64,000 bases of DNA. It comes from Glaucostegus cemiculus. Taxonomy: Eukaryota. The stretch spans positions 434,001 through 498,000 of the forward strand of contig CDPCPM010000197.1 of assembly GCA_976551045.1 (NCBI GenBank). Direction: 5' to 3'. The translations under genes and the position numbers were made by a program. Below are positions 1 through 12,588 of the stretch, piece after piece. Within the stretch, counting starts at the first letter, position 1; each line of letters starts with the position of its first letter. A model generated the notes under the pieces. That model saw only the letters and a program-made list of their open reading frames with translations, was not told the origin of the DNA and made no database searches.

Positions 1-1609
1 CCGGAATTAACTGTGAAATTAAACAGGAAAAGTCCGCAATTCACCTTCGATGCATTAAAACGGCCTCGCCGTGCCTCTGTTAAATTCGCGCAATTCTGCA
101 CAAATTCGGACCTCTGCTAAATATGAGATTATTTTGAATGGTTTCCAATATCAGTCTGAGTTGAAGGAAGACCATCGGTCAAATTACCGCGAAGTTAAAT
201 CAGGAATGTTCAGGGAAATCAACTGAGTGTATTGGAATTAAATTCATCCTGAGCTCAGTTTTAAGGATTTCTAAAGACAGGTGTGCGCTTTGAGTTTATA
301 ACCGCCATTGATTCCAGTGAGTAAATGCATGTATTGCTGCAAATTAATTTATTTAATTTTCACTCTGTTTAAATGTATGTTCCCGTATGTGTAAAAATAG
401 ACGGCACGTTGTCCGTATTTTCCCCCGTCAGCTTTCCAACGCAAACTGTGGTTACAGTGTTGAGATCTTCTATTCCCACGGTCAGTTTTGTGAACATAAA
501 ACAGACAAAATTCCTTGTTAATCACTGACAGGAATATCGCGAAGGGAAACCTGAAAACGGTGGAATCGAAAATGCCTCAAAATGTGTTTTTAAATTATCA
601 TTCATCTCATCGGAGCTGAATAGATGTCCCACTCTTTTCAAGGGCTGAAAGTTTATTTCCGCTTTGAAAATGCCTCACAAATGAAACTGCGGTTGTCACT
701 ATATCCAATAACATACACTGCCGAGCAAATATATAAACCGAGTTTTTGTGGCCACAATGTTTTTGTTAAAGTTCCTTCTTGGGTGTATTTGTGCGAAAGA
801 ATAAAGGCACAGAGATACGCAGAGTAAAGACATTGTCAGAAATAAAGCCACAATAACCAGCGTGGACTGAATGGTAAGTTCTGCAAATCTGCATTCGATA
901 ACAGTTTTCAAGTAAATTTTAGGCTAAATTAGAATCTGTCCGTTTATTTATTGTTGGACAGATATGAGTTGAATTCGAAATTGTTGCTCGTCTCTAGAAA
1001 TTAATTTCTGCAGGAATTTCTCCAAGGTATAAGGTACCTGACGCCATTTTATGGTAGGTGCCCTGGACACACAATGTTACTCACCCCCTCCTCCTCCTCT
1101 CCGTTGCTACCGAACGAAACATTAATAAACTGTGTTAACAACCCTGAAAATGTGACCCTACCAGAACAATTTCTTCGCTTAAGCACAAGGTTATGGTTGC
1201 AGATCTTTGGTGAACAATGCCCGCACAGGGTTCCTTCAGTTACCGCTGTCACCTTCATTGTGTGCATCTCATTTAAATAACTTAAAATTATATACGCCTC
1301 GTTTTCACCATCTGGCCACCAGCACCGGAGACCAAATCGGGCATATTACTGCCTCATTTTTGATCGGCCTGGTAATTCTTATCGGAAATCCTGTGGATTC
1401 TTGTAGGAAGGGAAGGGCAGAATTGATAATGCCAACGTTTGGATTAAGGAAAAATCTACATGAAGTATAATNNNNNNNNNNNNNNNNNNNNNNNNNNNNN
1501 NNNNNNNNNNNNNNNNNNNNNNNNNNNNNNNNNNNNNNNNNNNNNNNNNNNNNNNNNNNNNNNNNNNNNNNNNNNNNNNNNNNNNNNNNNNNNNNNNNNN
1601 NNNNTAAAG

Positions 1610-1752
1610 CAGACATACAAAAGGCACACAAACGCACACACAAGTAGACACACGCACACATAAAGGACACACACAAAGACACACACAAATGCGTACACAC
1701 ACACACAAAAGACAGACACACACAAATGCATACACATACACAAAAGACAGAC
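1610..1752. repeat. Degenerate (CA)-rich repeat between two assembly gaps
   Basis: CA-rich low-complexity sequence flanked by N runs. Confidence 0.85.
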
Positions 1753-4700
1753 NNNNNNNNNNNNNNNNNNNNNNNNNNNNNNNNNNNNNNNNNNNNNNNN
1801 NNNNNNNNNNNNNNNNNNNNNNNNNNNNNNNNNNNNNNNNNNNNNNNNNNNNNNNNNNNNNNNNNNNNNNNNNNNNNNNNNNNNNNNNNNNNNNNNNGAG
1901 GTAACCTGTGATTTTTTTTAACTTTAATAACTTAAAATCCCTGACGGGTATTTCCTACGCAAAGGATAGTTATTTTATGAAGGAGTTCATGTTTATTGCA
2001 TTAACCTGTAAATTATAGCCTTTCAATAACACGCCCATCTCCTTTGGACGGTACACAGTTTACCAAGGCCGTTTGCATAAACACATCGCAGATCATGTCT
2101 AAATAGCATTGTTCTGAATTTCGGCTTTTGATCGAAGCATTAGAAGTATTTGTGATTTCATTCCTTACTGATTAAACCTCTTTTTGGGTGAGATACTTCT
2201 TACAGAATGGCTCGAACTATCACAGATCTCATGATGTTTTGTGGGCTAGTATTCACCTCTATTTCCATTTGTAAAGAAAGTTCCCAATTTTGCAACAGTG
2301 CATCCTCAGAGTGGTTATAACCCATCTCCAACAAACTCATTTATCATTGCGTGTGTGTTCGTGTCCAACTTGCATACAATATGGATCGCGAAGGCTCTGT
2401 ACCATCGAACCAACTATGCAGACTTTTTGCGCGTCTGTTTGGATAAGCAACACAACGTAACTGCGTGTTCAGCCTGTAGCTACATGCAGTGTCGGTTGCT
2501 ATCTACTCAGTTATTCGCAGATTTGTGCGTGTGCATATAAACGCCTGCGTGTGGGGCAGGGAGGGGGGAAGGGGAGAGCGGGGGCGATGGAATCTTAGTA
2601 CACTGTACATAGTTCAGAGTACTGCACTCCCCACTCTATTGAGTGAGGACATAATCTCAGATATTAAGGCACCTTGCTGGGAACTCGTCTCAGGGGTTTT
2701 GATGTGCGTTACTCAAACGCTGCTAAATCTCACTCCCTAACTCACTGATATATATAATTCCCCTCTGAACTCTTAACACGCCTCTCCCCCTTTTCTTTGG
2801 GTTTTTAGATTGTCCTAGACAGTGCCCAACATACTGTACTCCAGGGTCTCGTTACGAGTAGGACAGGGGATTGTCTTTCTGTTTACTCTCATAGAAGCAG
2901 CCTCTCAGACTTCTTTATGCAGAGCTATTACTGCAGTTGGGATGGACGAAATTGCCCCCACACGCACCTCGTCCACGTGGCAAAAAAACATACTACAATC
3001 TCCGATTGGATTTCTGAAATATTACCCGATTATGATTTGTAACCTTCCAGTTCTCCATTTATATCTCATTTCAGATGATATATTTGCTGGGGTGGATGAG
3101 ACGGTGAACTCCTCTCTAACAGCAGCAGAACGCAGGAGGTTGGTCTGATTTCCAAATCATACTGCTGCGCCCTGAGATTAAAAGTATGCGTGGACTGAGC
3201 AGTTTTAATTTCAGTCGCCAAAGCAGATTTAATTGAAATTGAAAACAACAACTTTACCAAATCTGCAGTTAGTTAGTCAGTTGTCCTCTCTGTCATTGTC
3301 GAGATTTAGACCTTTGTCTCTGTAAATATTTGCAGTGGGAATCGTGGGGCCGCGTAGGGGGAGTGACGTACAAAACTCAAACTTTTTAAAAGTAATATAG
3401 GTTTTTATTTTATTGAGCTGGCTTCTGTGCGTGAATTTGGCAGGTTTAAAATACCCAGCAAATTATGTGTGCTTCACTTTACCTTTAAAAATTCACGTTC
3501 AGTGTAAACTTAATTGCAAAGACGCGTTTTCACTGGAAATCTGATCTCACACGAGAACCTTCGGGGTACTTAAATTTAGATTTAATGGTAATGCATAAAC
3601 GGCTAAATGATTTATCCCTTAACGCGGAGCTCTGCACAGTACAACACCAGTCTGAGACGGCTTTATTTCGGAAAGCATTACGTGAACGCGCTTTAAATAT
3701 TTGCAACATCCGCAAAATTATCAATTAATTTATTTATTGCCGTCTTGATTTATGCCGCTATTCAGCTCCCGAGCCAGTCGAGCCGTAATAACATATGAAA
3801 TTAAATATAGCAGGTTTTAAGCACATGAACCGTTAATGAATTACTTGACTTTATTGCTGAAATTGCAAATAAGTGGTTTACAGGGTTCGGTAATTTAAAC
3901 TGGTGAAGTGAAGGGTCCGGAATATAAGATCGAAGCTGTAAAGTGAAGTCTATTACCGTTGTTGTTACTATTGAAAAATACACATACCAAACGCGTTAGG
4001 GGAACTGCGGGCCCCCAAAAGAAAAACATAACGTAATATTTTCGTGTTTAGTAGCTGGTTGTTCGGACCGGGCCGCGTGGAGGGAGAACCTCGGTCAGCA
4101 CCCGTCATCCTTTCATACTGTGCAGGACAAGTGAATGGTTCCAACAGAGAAACACATGATCTGTTTCAACCCATTTACACTGCGTTGTTACCTCCAGTAT
4201 GTATAGAAATAATATCCCCCAAAAATTGTTGAATTTATGAACGTTTCTCGGACCGGATACCATAAGTACACGTAATATACCACCATTACCAAATACAACT
4301 TTGCTTTCAAAACCATACTTAGCCGGGAAAGTAAAATATACATAGAGATTCTGTTCAATTAACTCCCAATTTTATGCTCATTTGATGTAAGATTGTTAAT
4401 GTCACTTAATTGCCTGACATTATTGAAACCACTAATTAACGTGTAGTCTTTCCCATAAATGATATATGTCTATATGTGCTATGCATTATCGCAGTTTGTA
4501 CATCAGGCATGCTGCTCAAGGTGGCGGCATTCTCATTTGAATTAAATATTATTCGCACGAGTGAATAACTGTTCCCTTCAGCGTTCGGGATATGTCCCGT
4601 TTCCTCTGAACGATGCTCCTGTCGTATTTTCACTGGGCGGAACGTTTGCATAGGGCTGCTCCAACGTCGCTAGTGTCGCCACCATGTCTGAAAAAGGAGA

Positions 4701-5085
4701 ATGTAAATTATAAACTTGTTGTGTTTTACTTTGTCTCAAGAAACGTTAACCGCGTGAACGGGTACCCTCCTGCAAGTTGGTTAGTGGAAGCAGAATTAAC
4801 AAGCTTGTATTTGTCACGGTAACTAGGTGTTGCTGAACCCCACAAATGCATCAATTTTCTGCTCATTTCTAAACCTCCGTCATAAGGGAGGGGCCAGCAC
4901 TCCCTCCGCGGAGTCTGGTTGGCCAGTTGAAAGGAAGTTGTCCACAGTCGACGTCTGATGAGTCTAAGAGAAATGTCAGTTTGATAAGGACCTTCTTTTT
5001 TCATTGCCACCTCCCCCCCCCCCTCCCACCACATCCCCCCACCCCCTCCCCCATCAACCCCTGCTCAACAAATTAAGCTGCAGCT

Positions 5086-5794
5086 ATGTCATGTTCGGAG
5101 AATTCTGCATCAAGATCGTTTTCAGTGAGGGCTTTAATCTGCTCCAGCCAGCCTCAACCTTACTGTCCAGGGGACTATTTGTCCTCTAGACCGGACCAGG
5201 GCTACGGGGCACAGTGTTGTCCTCGTAAACACGACGAGATGAACCACCAGCAAGGTCTAGGTCTGGTTCCACATCAGTACGTTCCAGGTATGACAGGGTG
5301 GGCAACACCATCTCCATCTGGCCACACAAGCCGACTTCAGCAGTTAAACACTTACTCCTTCTCGTCTAGCGTGAAGGAAGAAGCCAACTATTGTTTACTA
5401 GACGGGGATAAACATCCGAAGACGGCCACGGAGGTCTCGGGGTACCCGAGGGTGGTTTCCGAAATGTGCACAAGTGATAGTGGCAGGGTCCCTGTTCCCA
5501 TCTATTTCCGTTCAGAACCGAACTACACATCAAACAAACCCACGGATTACAACCAGCCGCAGCCAGCCGCTGCTCCGTGCTCGATTCCATCCAGCATTCC
5601 CTTCAGTTCTTCCTTCGCCACGTCGTCCTCCACAAAACCAGGTGAAAAGGCCATAAAAGTGAGCAGCTCAAGCGACCCTGGCCGCAGAGACCCGGGCAAA
5701 CCCACAGAGGGAAGAGAAAGTGACTTTGTACAAGATAGACCCACTTTAGAGTTTCCTGGCGCGGATCGGGCCCTTTCCGAGAAAGAAACAAAAG
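5086..5794 (+). CDS. hoxb10: HoxB10 coding exon 1 (spliced protein 326 aa)
   Basis: ORF starts MSCSENSASRSF and contains the PG10 motif SVKEEANYCL; donor AAAG|GTGAGT at 5795; joins exon 2 in frame; lies 5' of miR-196 and HoxB9. Confidence 0.9.
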
Positions 5795-6280
5795 GTGAGT
5801 AAAAACCATGAAAGAAATCAAGACAAGCAATTACACGCATTTGGAGCAGGAACACAGGGCAGCTCTCTCATCTGCGGCAAGGTGACTTTATTTAGGCTAT
5901 AAAGGAGCCCTTTTCTCCACACCACAAAAGGCCCTCAGTACAAATTAATACCTTAAGTAATTTATAGGACAGGCTCTTTACGGCAGAGTAAATTGCAAAC
6001 ACGTTTAAGTGACCCTTTTAAAGATCAAAACACCGAAAGGTTTCTGTTCTGAAGGCCGCTTCTCAATTGCATTAAAACCCGCCGTAAATGTCCCCAATAA
6101 AAACAATCCACCTAGGCAAAAAACACTGAGCATTTTAAGAATGATTTGAGAATGGTTCAGAAGAAAACTTCCAACTGCTGTTATTTCAAATACATTAGTG
6201 TGAAATAGCGTTTACTAACCAATGGGAAAATATTGTGCCAGCGTGTGTATATAGCCACATACATTTAGAATTACAGTTAT

Positions 6281-6283
<3 letters not shown>

Positions 6284-6320
<37 letters not shown>
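6284..6320. repeat. (TA)n microsatellite in the HoxB10 intron
   Basis: Visible run. Confidence 0.95.
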
Positions 6321-6321
<1 letters not shown>

Positions 6322-9300
6322 CTAAATAATAACATTAGTTAAGTGCTTACAAGATTTGATGCATATCAATCCACATATGGAGTAGGTAAACATGTGCCCA
6401 TATGATTATGTATACATATAATAAATAGTACGTATGCGAGGGGAAAACAAGTTGAACAGACTTGTACATCTGTTGGTGTGAANNNNNNNNNNNNNNNNNN
6501 NNNNNNNNNNNNNNNNNNNNNNNNNNNNNNNNNNNNNNNNNNNNNNNNNNNNNNNNNNNNNNNNNNNNNNNNNNNNNNNNNNNNNNNNNNNNNNNNNNNN
6601 NNNNNNNNNNNNNNNNNNNNNNNNNNNNNNNNNNAGAGGTACAGTTTGTATAATACTGAAAAGCTTTATACATACTAATATGTAAACGTTAATATGCACT
6701 GATGAATATTCTTGTAAATTAAATTAGTGCATTTGTATAAGCACAGCATTGGCGACTAGCAATAGTTTTCATGAGTTGTTATGGATATTGATTATTGAAT
6801 GTGAGCCTAGCTTCACGAGAACAACGACTTAAGCATCCAACCAACGGCCTTTTAATGTTAGCTCGTGTATCAAAACAATCTAAGATGCAACCATAAATTC
6901 CAAATACTGAATATAAATAAAATGAGCTTGTTGGCACCATGTGATGTTTACTTAAGGTCAGTTTGTTGCCATGGAGCCAAATTATGGCGCCAAATTAAAA
7001 AAAATGCATCACACAGCGCTACGGAGATACTACTGCATTATTTCATAAGATCTTGTTGCTCATTAAATCAGGAAGAAGTAAATGACATTGGCAAACAAAT
7101 GAATCTGTTTATAATTCCGAGGTATTATAGACAGCGCCTCCAAATTGGTACTTCCAACTCGCGGCGTGCCCAAGCTATGGTCTTTTAAAATGTGATGAAT
7201 ATTAAGCAATTTTTGGCTTTTAAATTTCTTCAGAAATCTACTTTGTTACACAGGTAAGCAATAATGTACATGAATAAGGTATAAAGTAATCTCGCATTTA
7301 CCCCTTCCCAGAACAGTCAAGCAGAAAGAAAGATTGGGTAAACACCGGCATGCAGTTACTTGGAGGAAGTTATAATTAACTCGGATCCACCATAACGGAT
7401 ATCCTCCACCTCACACACAGAAAGTAGTGAAAATTGTAAAACAAAGTTACTTCACCATTAGTCGGCAAACACTTTGGTAATCTTCAAAAGTTTAAATAAT
7501 TGGTTCTTTGTTAGTGACTTTTTTTTGGAGTGATGTTGAGACCTAAATATATGTCGGACTGATAGGTTGTCCTCTCGTTCAAGCACTGCCTTTATTGTGT
7601 TTACTCACATAATCGGGTGACACAAACCAAGAGACCGTACGAGACATCAGGTCACAATGGAGTATACAAATGTTTGTATTGTTATGGAAATCTAGACATG
7701 TTAATTACACTTTACACTTCGAATTTGAGTCAAGATATTGTAAATCGGCCTCTTGTGTCCCTTGTCCGACGAGATAGACAAAGAAACACCTCAAGTTAAA
7801 TTAACTCTTAATTAGGAAGAAAGACAGAAAGTTTTCTTATCAGGTCTTTATTAAATTGATATTTTGCGCGTGAAAATTATTGATTATTTTTGGTGGCAGC
7901 ATGCAAGCTAAATTAGGAGTCCAATCAAACTGTAGGCTGGGTAAATCTGAATTAATAAACTGCGGTCTAACCTGGCTGAGCATTGTTACAATTTACCTAC
8001 TCAATTTACCCTCCTTCGATATGAGGACTCTCCTGATTGCTTTCGAACCAATGAATTGTTAGACTGATCTGTAACAGATTACTCGCTGCTGGCTGATTTT
8101 AATTCCGTAGAGAGCAATATCGCCGAGAAATGCTTTGTTTCAAAACATAAGCAAAGCATTGGGCTGCACAGAAGTTAACATGCCAGGTTTGTGGAGATTA
8201 GTTGACATCCTTATTTCTATTTTTAATACATGATAAAAAAAAATCACGGCAAACTAACCTTAATGATAAAGTCCCGCCATCTTTGCTGCGCGGTAATGTC
8301 AGTTTCACACAAAGAGGCTAATGATATTAGATAGTACCTAATAAAGATCAATTTATTATTGAGTCGAGATTCCGTCTGTGTTTTGTTTTAAAATGACGCT
8401 AATAACAATGAAAAAGGCAGAAATGCGACACCAAGTTGCTATTTAAATGCATTTGTTACTTCTCCATTTAGAATGCATTTTTCTATTATTATTAAATTAC
8501 AATAATTGGCAAAACTCCATGAGTAGAATTCAGACGTATAATTAGCATCACTGGAAAATTTCCAGCGCTTCATTAACATCACTTTCTTTCGTAATTAATT
8601 AACAGACTACTTAGCAATCCATTCCAAATCTGTATTTTTATTTTCAGTGTTAACTCTGGATTCCGCTTGGCCATATTTCATTTCAAGCCCCCGGCATTCT
8701 GGATTCTCGGTCTAATCTTTAAAAGCACAAGAAGATGATTGAGTTAAAAGATTAACTCAGTAAGCCTTTTGTGTTTATAAAGCGTGCAAGGAAAGGCACC
8801 GGCCGCATGCAATTCTCATGTTGTTATAAACATTCTCAATTAATTAAATTATTTGAATCATGAGTATATTACTCACAGAATGAGTCACGTCAAATGGACA
8901 ACACGGAGATACACACAACATCTGCAAAACAATAGTATTGGAGAAGCTGAGAAGTTTTCAGACCCATGAAAATCTGGATTGTTTTGGCCATTTGACTTAT
9001 TAGGTAAACAGATGAAAGAAACGGTAGAATGTCTAATATCTGTAGCTATGTATTATGCATGCAATTAAATTGAAATGTATGTCAAATGTGCACGTATTCC
9101 ATGCAAGTTCGACACAATAGGCACAGGAAATATTAGTAATCTGCCGCAGGTGCTTCAAAATCAGACCGTGCACTTTAACGGTATCTAACCACAGGCTTGT
9201 GACTTTAAACATACACTTGAGGAGCGAACGATCCTGAACTATTGAGTTTAATATTGGGAATCGTAATATGAAACTAAATATGATGGAAGTTTTGAAAAGC

Positions 9301-10902
9301 CTTTGAATTCTCAACAAGGTCATGGTCAATCAATAATCATTTGCATATACATTAAACAGTGATATTGGCATTCTCCGTTCTCTCAGCAGTTGACTGAAAA
9401 CTTTCGGGCAAAGAACGGTTCTGTTGCACTCTGTACATTATTTCCTGAAACTATCATTTTTCAATGTTATCAGTTTCGCTGGGAAATATATTTACAGCAG
9501 CTGTATGTGCCAACCTGGCATACTTCATACGTTCCGTGACTTTTATTCCTATCCTTCAAAATCAAGAATATTGTCTGCATTCGAGTATAGTTCAGATCAG
9601 TGAAATTACCACTGGTATTTCTTTATCCTGTCAGCCTTCTGTATGACGGATTCCCGCTTTTATAACTATCTTATCCTATGCAGTTTACAGAATTTCATTA
9701 ATTATATTTTTAGTATCCATCATATATAACAATCTTGCTTTTTATCTATAGAGATGCTGGAAAAATGAATATGTCCTGGTGTTTACAATTTGGCAATAGC
9801 AACATTTAATTCATGTCATATCAATATAATGCAGCGGCAGCATAAGCATTTATAGTGTTATAACTAATTCAACATGAGGGCAAAGATAATTTGCTACTTT
9901 GATGCTTAGCATTAAAAGTTTCATAAACGTACTGTGAAAAATGTGGCCCTTGGCAAAACATTACACCACTTTTTGCATTGCAATGAATAAGGTAAATGTT
10001 AAAGCTTCAACGAATGAAAGAAAAAATAGCAAACTTTCCAAGTAGGCGGATGGCTCTACTGAAAACACCTGTGTCCATATTCTGACTTTCTGGCTCTCTT
10101 GTTGCTACAGGGTTATTTCCACTCCTTTGTGTATAATGTAACCTTTATGTAAAAATCCTGTGTAAATACATTATAGGAGGTGTTTGTTATTTTGCAAAGC
10201 GACAACTCACTTTTAAAACATTTCGCTAAAAAAAGAGTAGACATTAATTCCTGGAAATTAATAGGCGTTTTATTGATTTTAGTGAGATAGCTATAGGATA
10301 TAAACTGCTTTATCTTAATCTTGTAAAGCAGGATGTTTATATAATTAATTAAAAATTATTTCCTGCTCTGTTTATTAAACACAGCGATGTTCACAGAACA
10401 GCTATTGAGAATTCAAGTGTCTTTATAGTCAAAGTGCAAGATCACGGCGAACTGAGCATAGGTTTGGTGATATTCCATTTCATTCCATTGCTTCCGGGTT
10501 TTGCCAGAAATCGAGTATTTGGGGCAAAGTACATTCCATATAACATTTTAAATGAAACTTAAGTAGGCATTGACAGTGTTTATTTGTTCAGGTGCAATTT
10601 CCCCTTTTAATAATGTTGGATTTTATTTTGATGATCGCAAAGTTATACCACAGCAATGCACTGGAGTTGCTGCGATGTATCACGATCTTCTGCAGCATGC
10701 TGTTACGGAGAAGGATAAAAATATGAATGGTTCATATTCCCTCAGTCAACAGTGGGCTGACACTCCGACTCGTTCCCTAGTCCCTACTCGGAAAACTCGT
10801 TGAAACTCCTCGGCATTGTATTGTTGACGCTAAAATAGGGAAAACGGAAAGGAAAGTTTGATTCAGCAGGTGATTTGACAATTTCTTTTTCCCGATTGAC
10901 AG

Positions 10903-11174
10903 AAAGCGCAAAGGCTGAGAATACGATAAACTGGATGACGGCAAAGGGAGGAAGGAAGAAACGTTGTCCGTACACCAAGCACCAGACACTGGAGCTGGAA
11001 AAGGAATTCCTCTTTAACATGTATTTGACTCGAGAGCGCCGCCTGGAGATTAGTCGGAGTGTGAATCTTACCGACAGACAGGTCAAAATCTGGTTTCAAA
11101 ATAGAAGAATGAAGCTGAAAAAAATGAGCCGAGAGCATAGAATTCGAGAAATATCAACTACTTTCCCCATTTGA
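10903..11174 (+). CDS. hoxb10: HoxB10 coding exon 2 (homeobox)
   Basis: Acceptor ttgacAG at 10901-10902; [65 protein letters not shown] is a PG10 homeodomain; TGA ends at 11174. Confidence 0.95.
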
Positions 11175-12111
11175 TAAAGACGTGGTGTTTTTAATTAAAG
11201 AAGAGACGATGGACCATCACGTTAAGGAGATCCGAATGCTACTACAATATTGAAAGTGGGGGTGGGAAGGGGAGGGGGAAAGGCTGGAGGGGAGATTTGG
11301 GAGTTGCAAGTTCAGGTCTAGTCACTAGAACAACTTTGAGCCACTTAGAGGAAGGGGGGATGTGGGATGGCGAGTTTGGACTTGCTTTCTGAACAAATGA
11401 ACAAAGGCCGAAGACACACTGTTACCGGTCAAGGGTCCATTAATTGTCATCAACTTATCGAGTGCCCTTTCTCACAGTCATGGCGAAATAAATCGAAAAA
11501 AATCTTCGAAGTCAAAAACTCATCTGGCTTCTTTTACACGTTTTGTTCTTTTTGGTGCATATGAACTATTTTTAGTTGATCCTGCATTTATGTATTAAGC
11601 TTACAAGACTTATTATTTTAAGGGCAACTTCCAGTTATTGAAGGACAATAGAGGAATCGGCAGTTACTCACGTGCGCCATGTAGTCATCTGACATATCTT
11701 ATCCGCAGAAGTACCTGAAGCGGTTTTAAAGAATATACATCAACATTGGGAGAGCCATAGACTGGTGATAATGCAAAGGATTCGGCTCATCAAAGGAAAT
11801 TTGTAGTACTCACTTACATTCTGTTTAATCTTACGTTATTTTGTTTTAAATTATATAGGAAGACGTAAAGATATAATTATGTAATCAATCAGTCTGCAGG
11901 TGAAGCGAGAGACGTTAGCCATTGAGAGGGCACTAATTATAAAATGATACAAATTATGTGCAATTATTTCAGTTGTTATCATATTCTTTCATTAGGTTAT
12001 GGACATTCATTATTTTTTTCCTGGAAGAACCCAGATCTACCCAGTATTTCCCACTGTTGAATAGAAGTGCGTGGAATAACGAAGCTATAAAGCACTGCAC
12101 GCCTTTAAATT

Positions 12112-12350
12112 AAGAACATAGATATCTCCAGCACAATTCAGGCCCTTCGGACCTCAAAGCTGTGACTAACATGTCCCTACGCTATTAGGCTTACCCATAG
12201 CCTTCTATCTTATTTACCTCCATGTACTTATCCAACGGTCTCTTGAAAGACCCCACCGCATCTGCCTCCACTACCATTTCCTGCAGCCTATTCCACACAC
12301 TCACCACTCTCTGAGTAAAAAACTTACCCCTAACATCTCCCCTATCTCTC
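12112..12350 (-). mobile_element. CR1-type LINE 3' fragment (shark HER1-like), 5'-truncated
   Basis: Minus strand translates GDVRGKFFTQRVVSVWNRLQEMVVEADAVGSFKRPLDKYME, the CR1 ORF2 C-terminus, followed by a CR1-like 3' tail; boundaries approximate. Confidence 0.85.
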
Positions 12351-12379
12351 CCCCCCCCCCCAGATTACATACAAGCCTG

Positions 12380-12588
12380 CAAGACACAAAAAGTAAGAGA
12401 AGGCCGCCAGGCCCCTCGACCCTGCTTCGCCATTCAATGAGATCATGCCTGATCTTTTACCTCAGCGCACTTTCCTGCACTAACCCCATATCCCCTGGTT
12501 CCCTTAATATCCGAAGCTCAATTGACCTCCGTCTACAATATACTCAGTGACCAGGTCTCTACAGCCCTCTTGGGTAGAGAATTCAAAC
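12380..12588 (-). mobile_element. Second, more decayed CR1 LINE 3' fragment
   Basis: Minus strand translates NSLPKRAVETWSLSIL*TEVN, homologous to the CR1 WNSLPQRAVEA motif; + strand gccattcaatgagatcatgcctgatct is typical of chondrichthyan CR1 tails. Confidence 0.75.

Noticed and set aside
1305-1911. ORFs containing X runs and CV/HT repeats (also at 6347-6699, 28794-29134, 33969-34411, 38564-38764 and 46653-46930)
   Set aside because: Artefacts of assembly gaps and dinucleotide microsatellites.
5366-5855. Antisense and alternative-frame ORFs over Hox exons (also at 10777-11138, 20824-21114, 30175-30692 and 45772-46242)
   Set aside because: Expected shadows of GC-richer coding sequence, with no recognisable domains.
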